This document shows positions 42,728-55,702 of a stretch of DNA of 64,000 nucleotides, one piece after another. Source of the stretch: Octopus vulgaris (Eukaryota); NCBI GenBank assembly GCA_951406725.2, contig OX597839.1:29388001-29452000 (forward strand), given 5' to 3'. The first letter of the stretch is position 1; every line of letters starts with the position of its first letter. The translations under genes and the position numbers were made by a program. Under the pieces are notes generated by a model. The model had not been told where the DNA came from, ran no database searches, and was given only the letters and a program-made list of their open reading frames with translations.

Positions 42728-43644
42728 TGCACACATAGCAATATTTATAGACGTTAGACCGTCTTAACCGTTGCTTTGTTGGGGCATTAACTTAAACTCA
42801 AGTTGCTGATTTCAAAACATGAATATATCCAAAAATATATTTGTTCTATTCAAGGAAATTAAATTCTAAACTTAAGGCAGAATGCTATAAACGCCTTCCA
42901 AGACTCACAGGTCTTTGACATGGAAATAAAATGAAATAGAAAAGAATACGTCAAATGCTTCATAGCATAAACTTGAAAAGTCTAGTATGGTCGCTCTCTC
43001 ACTCACTCTCTCTCTCTCACACACATACACACACAACAAACAAACAAACAAAAACATGCACACACATATTCCTTCACTCAAAAGTAGGGATTTGTTATAT
43101 GGTAGAAAAGTAAGCTTATGGGATTTTAACACTGAACAGCAGAAATGATGTCGTCTGCTTTCTTTACATTTGAAAACAGACAATGCACTGTCGTCTGTTT
43201 GCTGGAAAAGACGCCATTACAGCAACGAAATACACTTGTAAGTAACAGAAGTAAAACAATGATGATATGTGTTGTTAAAGGATATTTGTATGCTTTGCGA
43301 GATAGAAGAAAGGGGGAATGATAGGCAAATTAAGGAGATAACAGTTACTAACCTTGGAGTAAGTTTGAATTTATATCGAGAATATTTCTTTAGAGAGAGA
43401 TAGGGGGGGGGGGTGAACGAGTGAAAGAGGGAGGGGGCGAGCGAGTGAAAGAGAGAGAGGGAAAGCGAGTGAGTGAGGGAGAGAGAGGGAGAGCGAGTGA
43501 GTGAGAGAGAGAGAGAAAGAGAGAGGGAGAGCGAGTGAAAGAGTCTGACTCTAAATGCTTATAGTTAGCGTCCTCCCGAGTCTTATGACTCGTAAGACTT
43601 GTTATTAATTTCCGTGGCGTATAAGTGACTGAGGTCACAACGTC

Positions 43645-43800
43645 CTTCCTGAACAGGACGCCAGTCCATCACAGGGTCACTCGTTTACAGCTGAGTGGAC
43701 TGGGGCAATGTGAGATGAAGTGTTTTACTCAAGAATACACTGCTCCGCCCGGTCTGGAAGTCGAAACCACCATCTTGCGGTCGTGATGGTACAAGCCGAC
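43645..43800 (-). mobile_element. CORE-like SINE family D (duplicate at ~52690-52846)
   Basis: GGTTTCGACTTCC...TTCTTGAGTAAAACACTTCATCTCACATTGCCCCAGTCCACTCAGCTGTAAA...CTGTGATGGACTGGCGTCCTG. Confidence 0.75.
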
Positions 43801-44070
43801 ACGCAGTCTTAAATTATTATAAATATTCAAAACTTAGTGGAATTTTGAAGGAAGTGTATAAATTAAGCAGTTGTTATAGTCCTAACGGAAGTTAATCATG
43901 TTCTTGGTGGGTGGGGAGACTTTTGGAGGCTTTCACTCGATATCTCTGTGAACCGGAAGTACCCAAATGCTTTTGTATAGAAAATGGTGTAATTGTAATA
44001 TATTCGCATAATTCGGGAAAAGGAAGAAATCGGGTGGATTGGGGGTCATATATTTCAATACTGAAAGACA

Positions 44071-44285
44071 TTAAGGCACCGAGCTGGCAGAATCATTTGC
44101 ACGCCGCGGACAAAAATGCGACATTTTGTCTGTCTTTACATCCTGAGTTCAAATACTGCCGAAGTCGGTTTTGCCTTTAATCGTTTCCGGGTTAATAAAA
44201 TAAGTACCAGTCAGGTACTGGGGTCGATGTAATCGACTTACGCCTTTCCCCGAACTTGATGGCCTCGTGTCAAAATCGGAAACCT
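44071..44285 (+). mobile_element. SINE family A, older subfamily (duplicate at ~53117-53331)
   Basis: GAGCTGGCAGAATCATTTGCAC...GAGTTCAAATACTGCCG...GTACTGGGGTCGATGTAATCGACTT. Confidence 0.85.
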
Positions 44286-44839
44286 ATACAGAAAGTCATT
44301 ATAGCTGGAACATACTTGGTGCGTTTATGGTAATGACTTAATTTAATTAGAAACCAAATTAATTACAACAACTCTGCTACTATTAATAACATTAATACTA
44401 ACTGGAACACTATTAACGACAATAATACTCACTGTACGGATATTTATAGCCACAATAATCGTAATAATGATCATAACATTAATCACCGTAACGTTGTATT
44501 AATGCCCCACGGCTGTAATAAATGTAATGATTAGTAGAATACTAATTGCCAATCACTGTGGATCAGACTAGTTATAGTAAATGTCATGAGGTTCTCTGAA
44601 TTTATATCCTGTAAGCGAGTGGTTCGAGCTGACATGTACAAGGCTTAAAAAAATAAGTACAGGGAACGATGTTATTGACTAAAACCATTCGAGGTGGTGG
44701 CCCAATATGGCCGAAATCTAAGGACAGAAGCGAGTAAAAGAGTAAAGAGAAGGATGACGTTTGACAAGATATTTGTAACATGGAGGCAATATTTATATAC
44801 ACTTAAACGGGGGGGGGGGTTCAAAGTTTGAACAGTCTG

Positions 44840-44939
44840 NNNNNNNNNNNNNNNNNNNNNNNNNNNNNNNNNNNNNNNNNNNNNNNNNNNNNNNNNNNNN
44901 NNNNNNNNNNNNNNNNNNNNNNNNNNNNNNNNNNNNNNN
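44840..44939. other. Assembly gap (100 N)
   Basis: Run of 100 n characters. Confidence 1.
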
Positions 44940-45503
44940 ATATATAAAATCTTGCAATGTATATTTGAATGGCTTCTTCTGTTTTTTAATCCTCTGAGAC
45001 GATCAATTTAATCTTCTTAAATGAAAAAAAAAAGAAAAAAAAGAAAAGAAAAGAAAAGAAAACATTGCTGCGATAATTCGTGACGATATTCATCACTTAT
45101 TCTGTCAAAACACCATCATGAATGCCAATACGATCTTTATTGGCTGCTCAATGCACGGTAAGTATTTTTTTGCCGAAGCTGATCGAACGAAACATTTTAA
45201 TATAAAATAGTAGAAAGAACTGTATCAAGATGGCGGAAACGGACGTTAAGAAAGTATCGCGCTACCAATGGTTGGAGCTTTTTCTGGTTTTCTTGTTTTA
45301 TTTTCGCCATACCGCAATTATCCAAAGTGTTCTAAGCTCGGGGCTTCTGTAATTCTGGATGTCATTATTTCTGAGGTTTATTGTAAGTTTCTTTGTGTGT
45401 GTGTGTGTGTGTGTTTTTGTATGTGTGTTTGTGTGTATTCGGCGTTCTACCGATTAATTTAAGAAACATGGGAAATTGTGGTTGATCTTATGTATATATA
45501 CAC

Positions 45504-45557
<54 letters not shown>

Positions 45558-45768
45558 CTTAGTATTTTACTTGTATCAGTCATTTGACTACAACCATGCT
45601 GGAGCACCGCCTTGAGGGGTTTCTAATCGAAAACATCGACCACAGAACTTACTTTTTAAAGCCTAGTACTTATTCCATCAGTTTCTTTTGATATACCGCT
45701 AAGTTACGGGGACGCAAACACATCAAGCGGTGACGGGGGCAAACACAAACACACACACACACACATTG

Positions 45769-45818
<50 letters not shown>

Positions 45819-45947
45819 ACTCACCAGGCTTTGGTCGGGTCGAGGCTACAGTAGAATACACTTACCCAAGGTGCCACGCAGTGAGACAGAATCCGGAACC
45901 CTGTGACTGGAAAGCAAGCTTGTTACCTCATAGCCACGCCTGCGCCT

Positions 45948-45983
<36 letters not shown>

Positions 45984-47341
45984 GCAAACACATACAGTAT
46001 TTAATAATCACAATATATGTTTTTATGTACTACTATTAGTTTCATGCGACGAGATCATGCCAGGCAGTATTCTTTAACACGTCTGGTGTCTCAGCGCAAT
46101 GTTCAGGCAATGCCCACACGGCATAACAAGCTAATAATGGGATGATGAAATGAGAGAAAAAGCGAGAAAAGGTGATAAAGGAATAGATATAAAAGGTGGA
46201 AAGCTGAAAAAAAGGTAAACGGAAAGGAAAAGCGAAAGTAGGCAGAATTAGAGTTATTTCCCCTTTGACAGTAAAATATAAGGCTGAAATGATAGTGGCT
46301 TAGAGTCAGTGGTATAGCTGTTCAATCTGGAGAGGGCGGCACCTTTCAATTCGTCAACAGGAACTTAGCCATATGCTTACAACCGCTGAAAATTTCAGAT
46401 CTAGAATTGAGCAGTGTGTTAGAATTCTTAGATCTGAAAAGGATCTGAGTTCTTTCAGCTACGCATAGCTTGCATTTTTTTGATCCGTTAACATATAGTT
46501 GGAATTTTGCACTGGTCCCTATAGGAGTTACACATATATCAGAACTAGGTCCCAGACCCATGAGGGGTCCTAGGAAAATCATTGCACAGGGCCCTATAGG
46601 AGTTATTTATTTACAACAAGTTACAGTATACATAGATCAGAAACGGGCCCCTAGATATGCAAGGGTTCCAGTCAACTGCCCAGCGTGCCGACACCTTCAT
46701 ACCCCACTGCCTATAGCGCTCCCTTGATATTTGCTTCTTGCTTGTGCGCTCACGACGTTCACCAGGTGGCGTTGGTTCCCACGTTCGGAACCACTACTTC
46801 ATAGGGATATCAAACTGAGCTTCTAATATTCAGCTGTTACTTTATTTTATCGACCATCTCCCGGAATCAGCTACGATTTCAATGAGACTAGCGTCCTTGA
46901 TCAATTACGGGATTACGTAACGTACATCGACTGTATTCATCTTTGGAAATGTATATGGCGACGTAAAAACTTTGATGTAAAAATTGGGAAGATAATGTTT
47001 AAAAAGCAACAGCAATAATAATGTTTAAAACAACGATAAGAATGATATTTAACCCACAACAATTATAGTTAAAACAACAACAGCAACAACAACGATACAT
47101 GCAGTTGGAAGTTGTCACGATTCTGTTTTGTTGTCAAAGAAAGAATTCTTGCAAATTGCCGGAAGTGTTACAAATTGAAAATAAAAGCAAAGCCACGCAC
47201 GCGCACACAGACGAAGGTACACATGCGCAAACATACGTACACAAGAAAAGATACGGGAAAACATACAAACACACACACACTCACACACATTCTAATAGGA
47301 AAAACTAGCAAACCACACACTAAACATACCACATTACATGA

Positions 47342-47376
<35 letters not shown>

Positions 47377-47826
47377 TAATAATAATAATAAAAATTAGAA
47401 TAATAATGATGATGATGATGATGAAACATTTAAAATCAATTTACATTTTCGTAGTTATTTTTTCCCCTTCATCTTTAATGGAATGATGGAAATTAATGAA
47501 TTTTGATTTCCTCTTTAAAAGGGGATATCGGCAACATGAACAATAACACAGACACACGCACACTCATATATATATATAAACACATATACATGTTTATATA
47601 TCTATCTCTATATATATATAAACACACACACACACACACACACTCACCAGCAAATAATACACACATTCATACAAACTTGTCTATGTATGTATATATATTT
47701 CAGCACACACACACTCACATATACATATATATATACACACACATACATACGTGTATATATATATATATGTAGCTATACACACACACATACATACCTATAT
47801 CTATGTATATATCTTTGTATATATAC

Positions 47827-47863
<37 letters not shown>

Positions 47864-48035
47864 TGTATATATGATGTAACTGTTTGCATCTCGATCAAAT
47901 TTCATGACCAGATCACTCCGTCAGACATGTTGTGCCGTCTCAGAGATCGAACTGGCATGACATTTGAACGGGGAACATCTTCAGCAGGTTAAGTATGTGA
48001 AGTGTATATCTTTTTCTTGTTTGTTATGAACAATG

Positions 48036-48080
<45 letters not shown>

Positions 48081-48521
48081 ACGCGCGTTTATATATAAAC
48101 ACATATCTCGTGGAAGCGCAATGGCCCAGTGGTTAGGGTTGCGGACTTGCGGTCATAGGATCGCGGTTCCGATTCCGAGCGCTGTGAGTGTTTATTGAAC
48201 GAAAACAACTAAATCTCCACGATGCTCCGGCAGGGGTTGGGTGGCAAACCCTGCTATACTCTTTCACAGCTTTCTCTCACTCTTTCCTCCTGTTTCTGTT
48301 GTACCTGAATTTCAAAGGGCCAGCCTTGTCACACTGTCCGAGGTCGACTTTGGTTTCATTCTTTCTGGAGCACCGCCTTTACTCGAACAAATCAACCCCA
48401 GAACTTATTCATCGGTTCGGCAAAAGAGACCGACCGGCTTACAAAGTTCTGGGGTCGTTTTGTTCGACTAAATGTGGTACTCCAGCATACCCGCAGTCAA
48501 ATGACTGAAACAAATAAAAGA

Positions 48522-48569
<48 letters not shown>

Positions 48570-49853
48570 TTTACTTATCTGTCATTAGACTGCGGCCGCG
48601 GTGAGGCACTGATGTCTTTTAAACCTGGTGCTTATTCTATCAGTCTCTTTTGCCGAAGCTCTAAGTTACGAGGCGCAAACACACCAAAGCCAGTTGTCAA
48701 GCGGTGACGGGGGGGGGGGGGAGGGGCAAACATAGACGCTCAGAAATACATACATAGGTGTGTATGTGTGTATATATATATTGTTACGACCTAGTGGCCA
48801 TAATCTGAATTTACACAACCAGCAATGATGGGGTGAATCCAAAACAATAACACACCATGAAGTGTCTTTTTTTTTTTAGATATTATTAACAATTACGCGT
48901 CAGCATACACAAACAACCTACACACAAAACAAATAGATACGCACAAAATAAATTAATGCTACACTAGACGTGCAATCAAAATATTTTCAATAGTAAAATA
49001 TATAGAGTTTAGAAATTTGGACTCAGAAACCGGCTTCACAAATTTGGTTTCGGAACCTTGGAACTAAACATAAAGAGATCTAATGTCAAAGTAACCATTT
49101 AAACTAAAAGTTTAGGACGCAAAATGGCTGCCAGACAATATCAATAATTATAGTAAAAAAAATTAATAGTCAAACAAAAAAATCAAGTTTGCTTTAAATT
49201 CACACAAAACTGCTTCATAGACGCATGATGAGTAACCATTAGACAACATTTACAGTTTAGTTGTCTAATACAAAAAAATGGCGACATGAAAAATTAAATT
49301 CATACACCCTTTAGCTATTTATATAAATTTTTCAACATTTATCTCAACAGAAAATATATAGCAAAGTTATTTCACAAACTGCCACAGATGCAGGGTTCAA
49401 AATTCATAAAAATATTACAATAACATAACTTAAAAGATTTTTGTACTCACCCAGATGTGATACGGAAATTATTTTAAGACAAGCAAAAGTTCTGGCGAAT
49501 TCCTGGAATATAACATAAATCCATAAATACCTAACACAAAGCACAAAGTCCATAAACTAAGCAGGCAATCATAGCTTCCTGAATCCAACTGAACAACCTT
49601 GTCTCACAGAAAACACTTTAACTGTCACAAAAAACTAGGTGTACACTTATCTCTGCTTATAAAGATTTGCTAAGGTCTAGCCAATTTGTTAGAGTTTCAC
49701 AGTTTGGCTATTAACACCTAATTTCCACCATTTTGACAATGGACTTCATCTTGACCTTACAGCGCAGCATGCAAAACCGTCTGTTTACCTGTTAATATTA
49801 TACGATAAAACGTTTTTTATCGTTTTTTATAATTTCCTAACAGCATATATGCA

Positions 49854-49896
<43 letters not shown>

Positions 49897-50121
49897 CTCG
49901 TTCAGAGTTTCCTCTCTTAGGTACATTTCATTGACAAGGGTAAAAAAATTCGAAGCATCGATGTCTGAGATTCCTGACAGATGGTGACACTGAACGAACT
50001 GGGTGTTTCACACTCTTTTACCATAAGAGAGATTTTTCTCCACGGTAGCTGCAGTGTATATCTTTTAGCAGTTGAAATATACGACAAACATATATAACTT
50101 AAATTCTACTCACATATAAAA

Positions 50122-50178
<57 letters not shown>

Positions 50179-50971
50179 GAAGTAGACGGATTGATAGATA
50201 TAGCTAGCGTCATATTTTTTTAACGCGTATAGCTTTTTTCAAATTATATTCTTACATAACTGTTTTGTAATTGAATTACTTTCTTCTCCATTGGGCTCGA
50301 TTTCCGTCATATTTTACGAAGTATCTATTCCCATTCATATTATAGAAATATAAGTACACACACGTACCCACAAACATACCCATATAAATATAGATGTACT
50401 AGCAGTATAGCCCGGCTTTGCTCGGGATTAAGTTAGGATTATTAAGCTAATCAAGTTCTTTATTTCAAACCAAACTAAGTAACATCGACGTCAAATTTGT
50501 GCGAAATCTGTTGAAATTGGTAAACTTGTGGTTGAAAATGAGTTGCTGACAACTTGACTGGTTAATCCCATAACGAATCGGTTTATCGATTTTTTCCATT
50601 CATTGATTGTTTTTTTATTTTTTTCGTTTTTGAAGAACTTAAAGCATTCAAAGATCCCATGAGTCCTAAGTAATGCTGGTATCAAGTTTGAACAAAATAC
50701 ATCAAAATTGGTAAAAGTTATGGTTGAAAATGGGGTGTAGCAAATTTCATTGGGAAATCCAATAAGGAATCGGTTTATCGATTTTTAAAATCCTGATTAA
50801 ATGAAAAACCCATAAGGAATCAGTTTATTGTTTTTTCATCCCAAATAGGACTTAAATGAACACAATATTGCTGATTCAAAAACACCTATATTTATATTTA
50901 AAGTTGTATATCTTTTAGCAGTTGAAATATACGACAAACATATATAACTTAAATTCTACTCACATATAAAA

Positions 50972-51002
<31 letters not shown>

Positions 51003-51266
51003 AGAAGTAGACGGATTGATAGATATAGCTAGCGTCATATTTTTTTAACGCGTTCTGCAGAATCAGTGTCGCGACGGGAGCGCATGGATTGAGAGTTTGA
51101 TCGGCAGAGGTGATCAGGTTGCACATGCCAGCCCTTTGAAAACACCCCCATCATCTAACCCCCTTTGCTCATGGGTTGGGAACCCTTCCAACAAGGAAAA
51201 TAGAATGCCTAAAAGGGCTCCCGATTCTCTGTGTCAGAAACGGAAAATGTTCAGATCACAACTAAG

Positions 51267-51312
<46 letters not shown>

Positions 51313-51367
51313 ACACACACACACACACGTACGTACGTACACATAATTTTTGTACGCATACATGTTC

Positions 51368-51431
<64 letters not shown>

Positions 51432-53884
51432 ATTGCCCGTATATCCACAAAACACTTTTTTCCTCGATGGAAAAAAACAACAACAAACGTCTTAACAAAA
51501 ACTTACTCGTCGCTAGAAGGGGACTTAACTCCTGTTTGTAAACAATGGTGATTTCTCCGACTTGAAAATTGTTAAAAGATTTGGTTGAAAAATTATTTTT
51601 ACTGCTATTCGCCGGTGCCTCTGGGGAAAATAAGTTGACGAAAATACAGCTAGGGTCATGACGAATGTTCTCTTAAAATTGGAGCGACATGCGTGCTAAT
51701 TTGTGGTCGTGCATACATTACATTCACGCACACACACACACACACACACACACATCCTGCCTTTTATATTACAGATGCACACATAGCAATATTTATAGAC
51801 GTTAGACCGTCTTAACCGTTGCTTTGTTGGGGCATTAACTTAAACTCAAGTTGCTGATTTCAAAACATGAATATATCCAAAAATATATTTGTTCTATTCA
51901 AGGAAATTAAATTCTAAACTTAAGGCAGAATGCTATAAACGCCTTCCAAGACTCACAGGTCTTTGACATGGAAATAAAATGAAATAGAAAAGAATACGTC
52001 AAATGCTTCATAGCATAAACTTGAAAAGTCTAGTATGGTCGCTCTCTCACTCACTCTCTCTCTCCACACACATACACACACAACAAACAAACAAACAAAA
52101 ACATGCACACACATATTCCTTCACTCAAAAGTAGGGATTTGTTATATGGTAGAAAAGTAAGCTTATGGGATTTTAACACTGAACAGCAGAAATGATGTCG
52201 TCTGCTTTCTTTACATTTGAAAACAGACAATGCACTGTCGTCTGTTTGCTGGAAAAGACGCCATTACAGCAACGAAATACACTTGTAAGTAACAGAAGTA
52301 AAACAATGATGATATGTGTTGTTAAAGGATATTTGTATGCTTTGCGAGATAGAAGAAAGGGGGAATGATAGGCAAATTAAGGAGATAACAGTTACTAACC
52401 TTGGAGTAAGTTTGAATTTATATCGAGAATATTTCTTTAGAGAGAGATAGGGGGGGGGGTGAACGAGTGAAAGAGGGAGGGGGCGAGCGAGTGAAAGAGA
52501 GAGAGGGAAAGCGAGTGAGTGAGGGAGAGAGAGGGAGAGCGAGTGAGTGAGAGAGAGAGAGAAAGAGAGAGGGAGAGCGAGTGAAAGAGTCTGACTCTAA
52601 ATGCTTATAGTTAGCGTCCTCCCGAGTCTTATGACTCGTAAGACTTGTTATTAATTTCCGTGGCGTATAAGTGACTGAGGTCACAACGTCCTTCCTGAAC
52701 AGGACGCCAGTCCATCACAGGGTCACTCGTTTACAGCTGAGTGGACTGGGGCAATGTGAGATGAAGTGTTTTACTCAAGAATACACTGCTCCGCCCGGTC
52801 TGGAAGTCGAAACCACCATCTTGCGGTCGTGATGGTACAAGCCGACACGCAGTCTTAAATTATTATAAATATTCAAAACTTAGTGGAATTTTGAAGGAAG
52901 TGTATAAATTAAGCAGTTGTTATAGTCCTAACGGAAGTTAATCATGTTCTTGGTGGGTGGGGAGACTTTTGGAGGCTTTCACTCGATATCTCTGTGAACC
53001 GGAAGTACCCAAATGCTTTTGTATAGAAAATGGTGTAATTGTAATATATTCGCATAATTCGGGAAAAGGAAGAAATCGGGTGGATTGGGGGTCATATATT
53101 TCAATACTGAAAGACATTAAGGCACCGAGCTGGCAGAATCATTTGCACGCCGCGGACAAAAATGCGACATTTTGTCTGTCTTTACATCCTGAGTTCAAAT
53201 ACTGCCGAAGTCGGTTTTGCCTTTAATCGTTTCCGGGTTAATAAAATAAGTACCAGTCAGGTACTGGGGTCGATGTAATCGACTTACGCCTTTCCCCGAA
53301 CTTGATGGCCTCGTGTCAAAATCGGAAACCTATACAGAAAGTCATTATAGCTGGAACATACTTGGTGCGTTTATGGTAATGACTTAATTTAATTAGAAAC
53401 CAAATTAATTACAACAACTCTGCTACTATTAATAACATTAATACTAACTGGAACACTATTAACGACAATAATACTCACTGTACGGATATTTATAGCCACA
53501 ATAATCGTAATAATGATCATAACATTAATCACCGTAACGTTGTATTAATGCCCCACGGCTGTAATAAATGTAATGATTAGTAGAATACTAATTGCCAATC
53601 ACTGTGGATCAGACTAGTTATAGTAAATGTCATGAGGTTCTCTGAATTTATATCCTGTAAGCGAGTGGTTCGAGCTGACATGTACAAGGCTTAAAAAAAT
53701 AAGTACAGGGAACGATGTTATTGACTAAAACCATTCGAGGTGGTGGCCCAATATGGCCGAAATCTAAGGACAGAAGCGAGTAAAAGAGTAAAGAGAAGGA
53801 TGACGTTTGACAAGATATTTGTAACATGGAGGCAATATTTATATACACTTAAACGGGGGGGGGGTTCAAAGTTTGAACAGTCTG
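44940..53884. repeat. ~8.9 kb segment, copy 2 of the duplication
   Basis: Starts exactly at the gap. It differs from copy 1 mainly in microsatellite and homopolymer length, plus a few substitutions and small indels. Confidence 0.97.
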
Positions 53885-54014
53885 TACTGTGGTAGATACC
53901 ATGAGGGAAACTCACGTGTGGGCTTTTTGTGCAAAATGTACTCTGCCTCTGTTGTTAACGTACATACATACATACATACACAAACACATAGATACATACA
54001 TACATACATACATC

Positions 54015-54232
54015 TAACTATACGTTGACTGTTGGCGATTCCCCCCCCTCTTTCTTTTCCTTTGGACTTTCCTCTGTTTCCTGCTTCTGAAGAAGCGCTT
54101 TGCTCGAAACATAAACAACCACTCTTTACAACCACTCTTTCCCTTCTCTGAGTGTCTCCTTAATACTTTACATGTGCTACGTCCTCACGTTGCTGGTTTT
54201 TTCTTTGTCTTTTTCTGTTTTTTGGAATTACA
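54015..54232 (+). mobile_element. Penelope-like tail with minimal hammerhead (54087-54113), probably inactivated
   Basis: CTGAAGA-AGCGCTTTGCTC-GAAAC-ATA. ACAT stands where the palindromic ACGT is expected. Pyrimidine-rich tail. Confidence 0.65.
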
Positions 54233-54329
54233 CACACGTATATATATATATATATATATTAATAAAAGAAATAAAACATATGCATATATATAAACATATA
54301 TGTACGTACCTACCTCTACATGTACATAT

Positions 54330-55140
54330 ACACGCATATATGAGTACAGGACACCAAAGGGACGTCGAACACATAGAGAAACGAAAACATAGACACAAAC
54401 CAAAGGAACAGGACATTTTTTAAAAACAACAAAAAATGGAGTACAGGACAGTTAACACAACGAAAAAAACCCTTCTTCAGTCGCTAAGGTTTCATCTACT
54501 CTACGTTTCGAAGGATAAAAGCGAGACGTATCTTCGACAAGAAACTTTCCTTCCTGCGAAAAGCAAATCAATTAAAATTCTGAGATCTTTTCGCAGAGGG
54601 GTAAAAAATGGTAAAAAAATGAGACAGTAACGACAGTACAAAAATATAAACAGTAAAAAAAAATATATATAAACAGTAAAAAAATATATATAACAGTAAA
54701 AGACAGGACAGGGAGAACAAGATAAGAAGGGCTGTTGACGCCGAACGAAAAAAGTATTGCAAACGCTGAATTTTTTGTGAACGACGAGAGAGCAGGAAAA
54801 GTCGTCCAGTAGCCATAAAAGGCGGGCGAGAAAGACCGTTAGCAGTTACGGCGGAAGTATCGTCGCAGATGGACGACGGGAATGGGGGAGGAGGAGCAAG
54901 AGGAAGGGAGAGAAGAAGGGGAATGGGGCGAGGAGACTATGAAGAATGGTGAGGGGGAGAGAGAGAATGAAGAATGAGAGAGAGAGGAAGAGACAAGTTA
55001 AGTGAGGGAAAAAAGACGAAAAGGGGATGGGATAGAAAGAAAGAAAGAAAGAAAGAAGTAGCAGAGTGCGCGTGAGAGTTAATATCAAGGCGAACTTGAT
55101 ATACAGAACAATCTTACTTAAGAGGGTGCGTGCGTTTAGT
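54330..55140 (-). mobile_element. Penelope-like tail / pseudo-LTR with degenerate hammerhead-like elements
   Basis: A long C/T-rich minus-strand tract, then a CTGCGAAAAG/CTTTTCGCAG hairpin, GAAGGA...TCCTTC-GAAAC-GTA-GAG, and a second CTGAAGA. Confidence 0.55.
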
Positions 55141-55381
55141 CGTATAATATATTAATAAAAGAAATATATATATATAAATATTTGAGTAGTTGAATGAATT
55201 ATCTTATTAAGGATAATTCGAAAGATAACCGATACCTGGGTAGCAAATTCACATCAGAAAGAACACGGTTGAAGCTACGTCCCTAGGGCATAGACTACGT
55301 GTCTTCGTGCGGAAATTTGTATGTTTATTTTAAAATTATAAGTATATGAAAGAATGGAGTTGAACGACTAGTTAACAAATA

Positions 55382-55478
55382 TCCTTTATTCTCGACATAT
55401 GTTTCAAAGGCTGCATATTCCTAATTCCGAAGGAATAAGGAGTACATTATGCAGATTTCTCATCAGGAAAATCAAGGA
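55382..55478 (-). ncRNA. Type I hammerhead ribozyme, left arm
   Basis: CTGATGA (reverse complement of 55460-55466), a 54-nt stem II closed by G-U, then GAAAC-ATAT-GTC. Predicted cut between 55394 and 55393. Confidence 0.78.
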
Positions 55479-55515
55479 ACGTATGTCGACATCAAAATGT
55501 CTTATCAAAATAAGT

Positions 55516-55612
55516 TCCTTGATTTTCCTGATGAGAAATCTGCATAATGTACTCCTTATTCCTTCGGAATTAGGAATATGCAGCCTTCGAAACATATGTC
55601 GAGAATAAAGGA
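55516..55612 (+). ncRNA. Type I hammerhead ribozyme, right arm
   Basis: Stem I TCCTTGATTTTC/GAGAATAAAGGA (11 of 12 paired). CTGATGA at 55528-55534. Stem II has GA..CTGCATA/TATGCAG..TC with an inner 10-bp hairpin. GAAA at 55589, palindromic ACATATGT, and GTC with the predicted cut after 55600. Confidence 0.85.
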
Positions 55613-55646
55613 TATTTGTTAACTAGTCGTTCAACTCCATTCTTTC

Positions 55647-55702
<56 letters not shown>

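Larger units (their letters stand above)
35924..44839. repeat. ~8.9 kb segment, copy 1 of a near-identical direct duplication
   Basis: Colinear with 44940-53884 and ends exactly at the N gap. ORF-track peptides repeat (e.g. 37324 and 46346). Confidence 0.97.
55342..55652. repeat. Near-perfect inverted repeat: 139-bp arms, 33-bp spacer
   Basis: 55342-55480 is the reverse complement of 55514-55652. One mismatch was seen (GTTTCAAAGG versus CCTTCGAAAC). Confidence 0.97.

Noticed and set aside
55399-55608. Similar peptides on both strands suggesting a bidirectional gene
   Set aside because: This is a trivial consequence of the inverted repeat.
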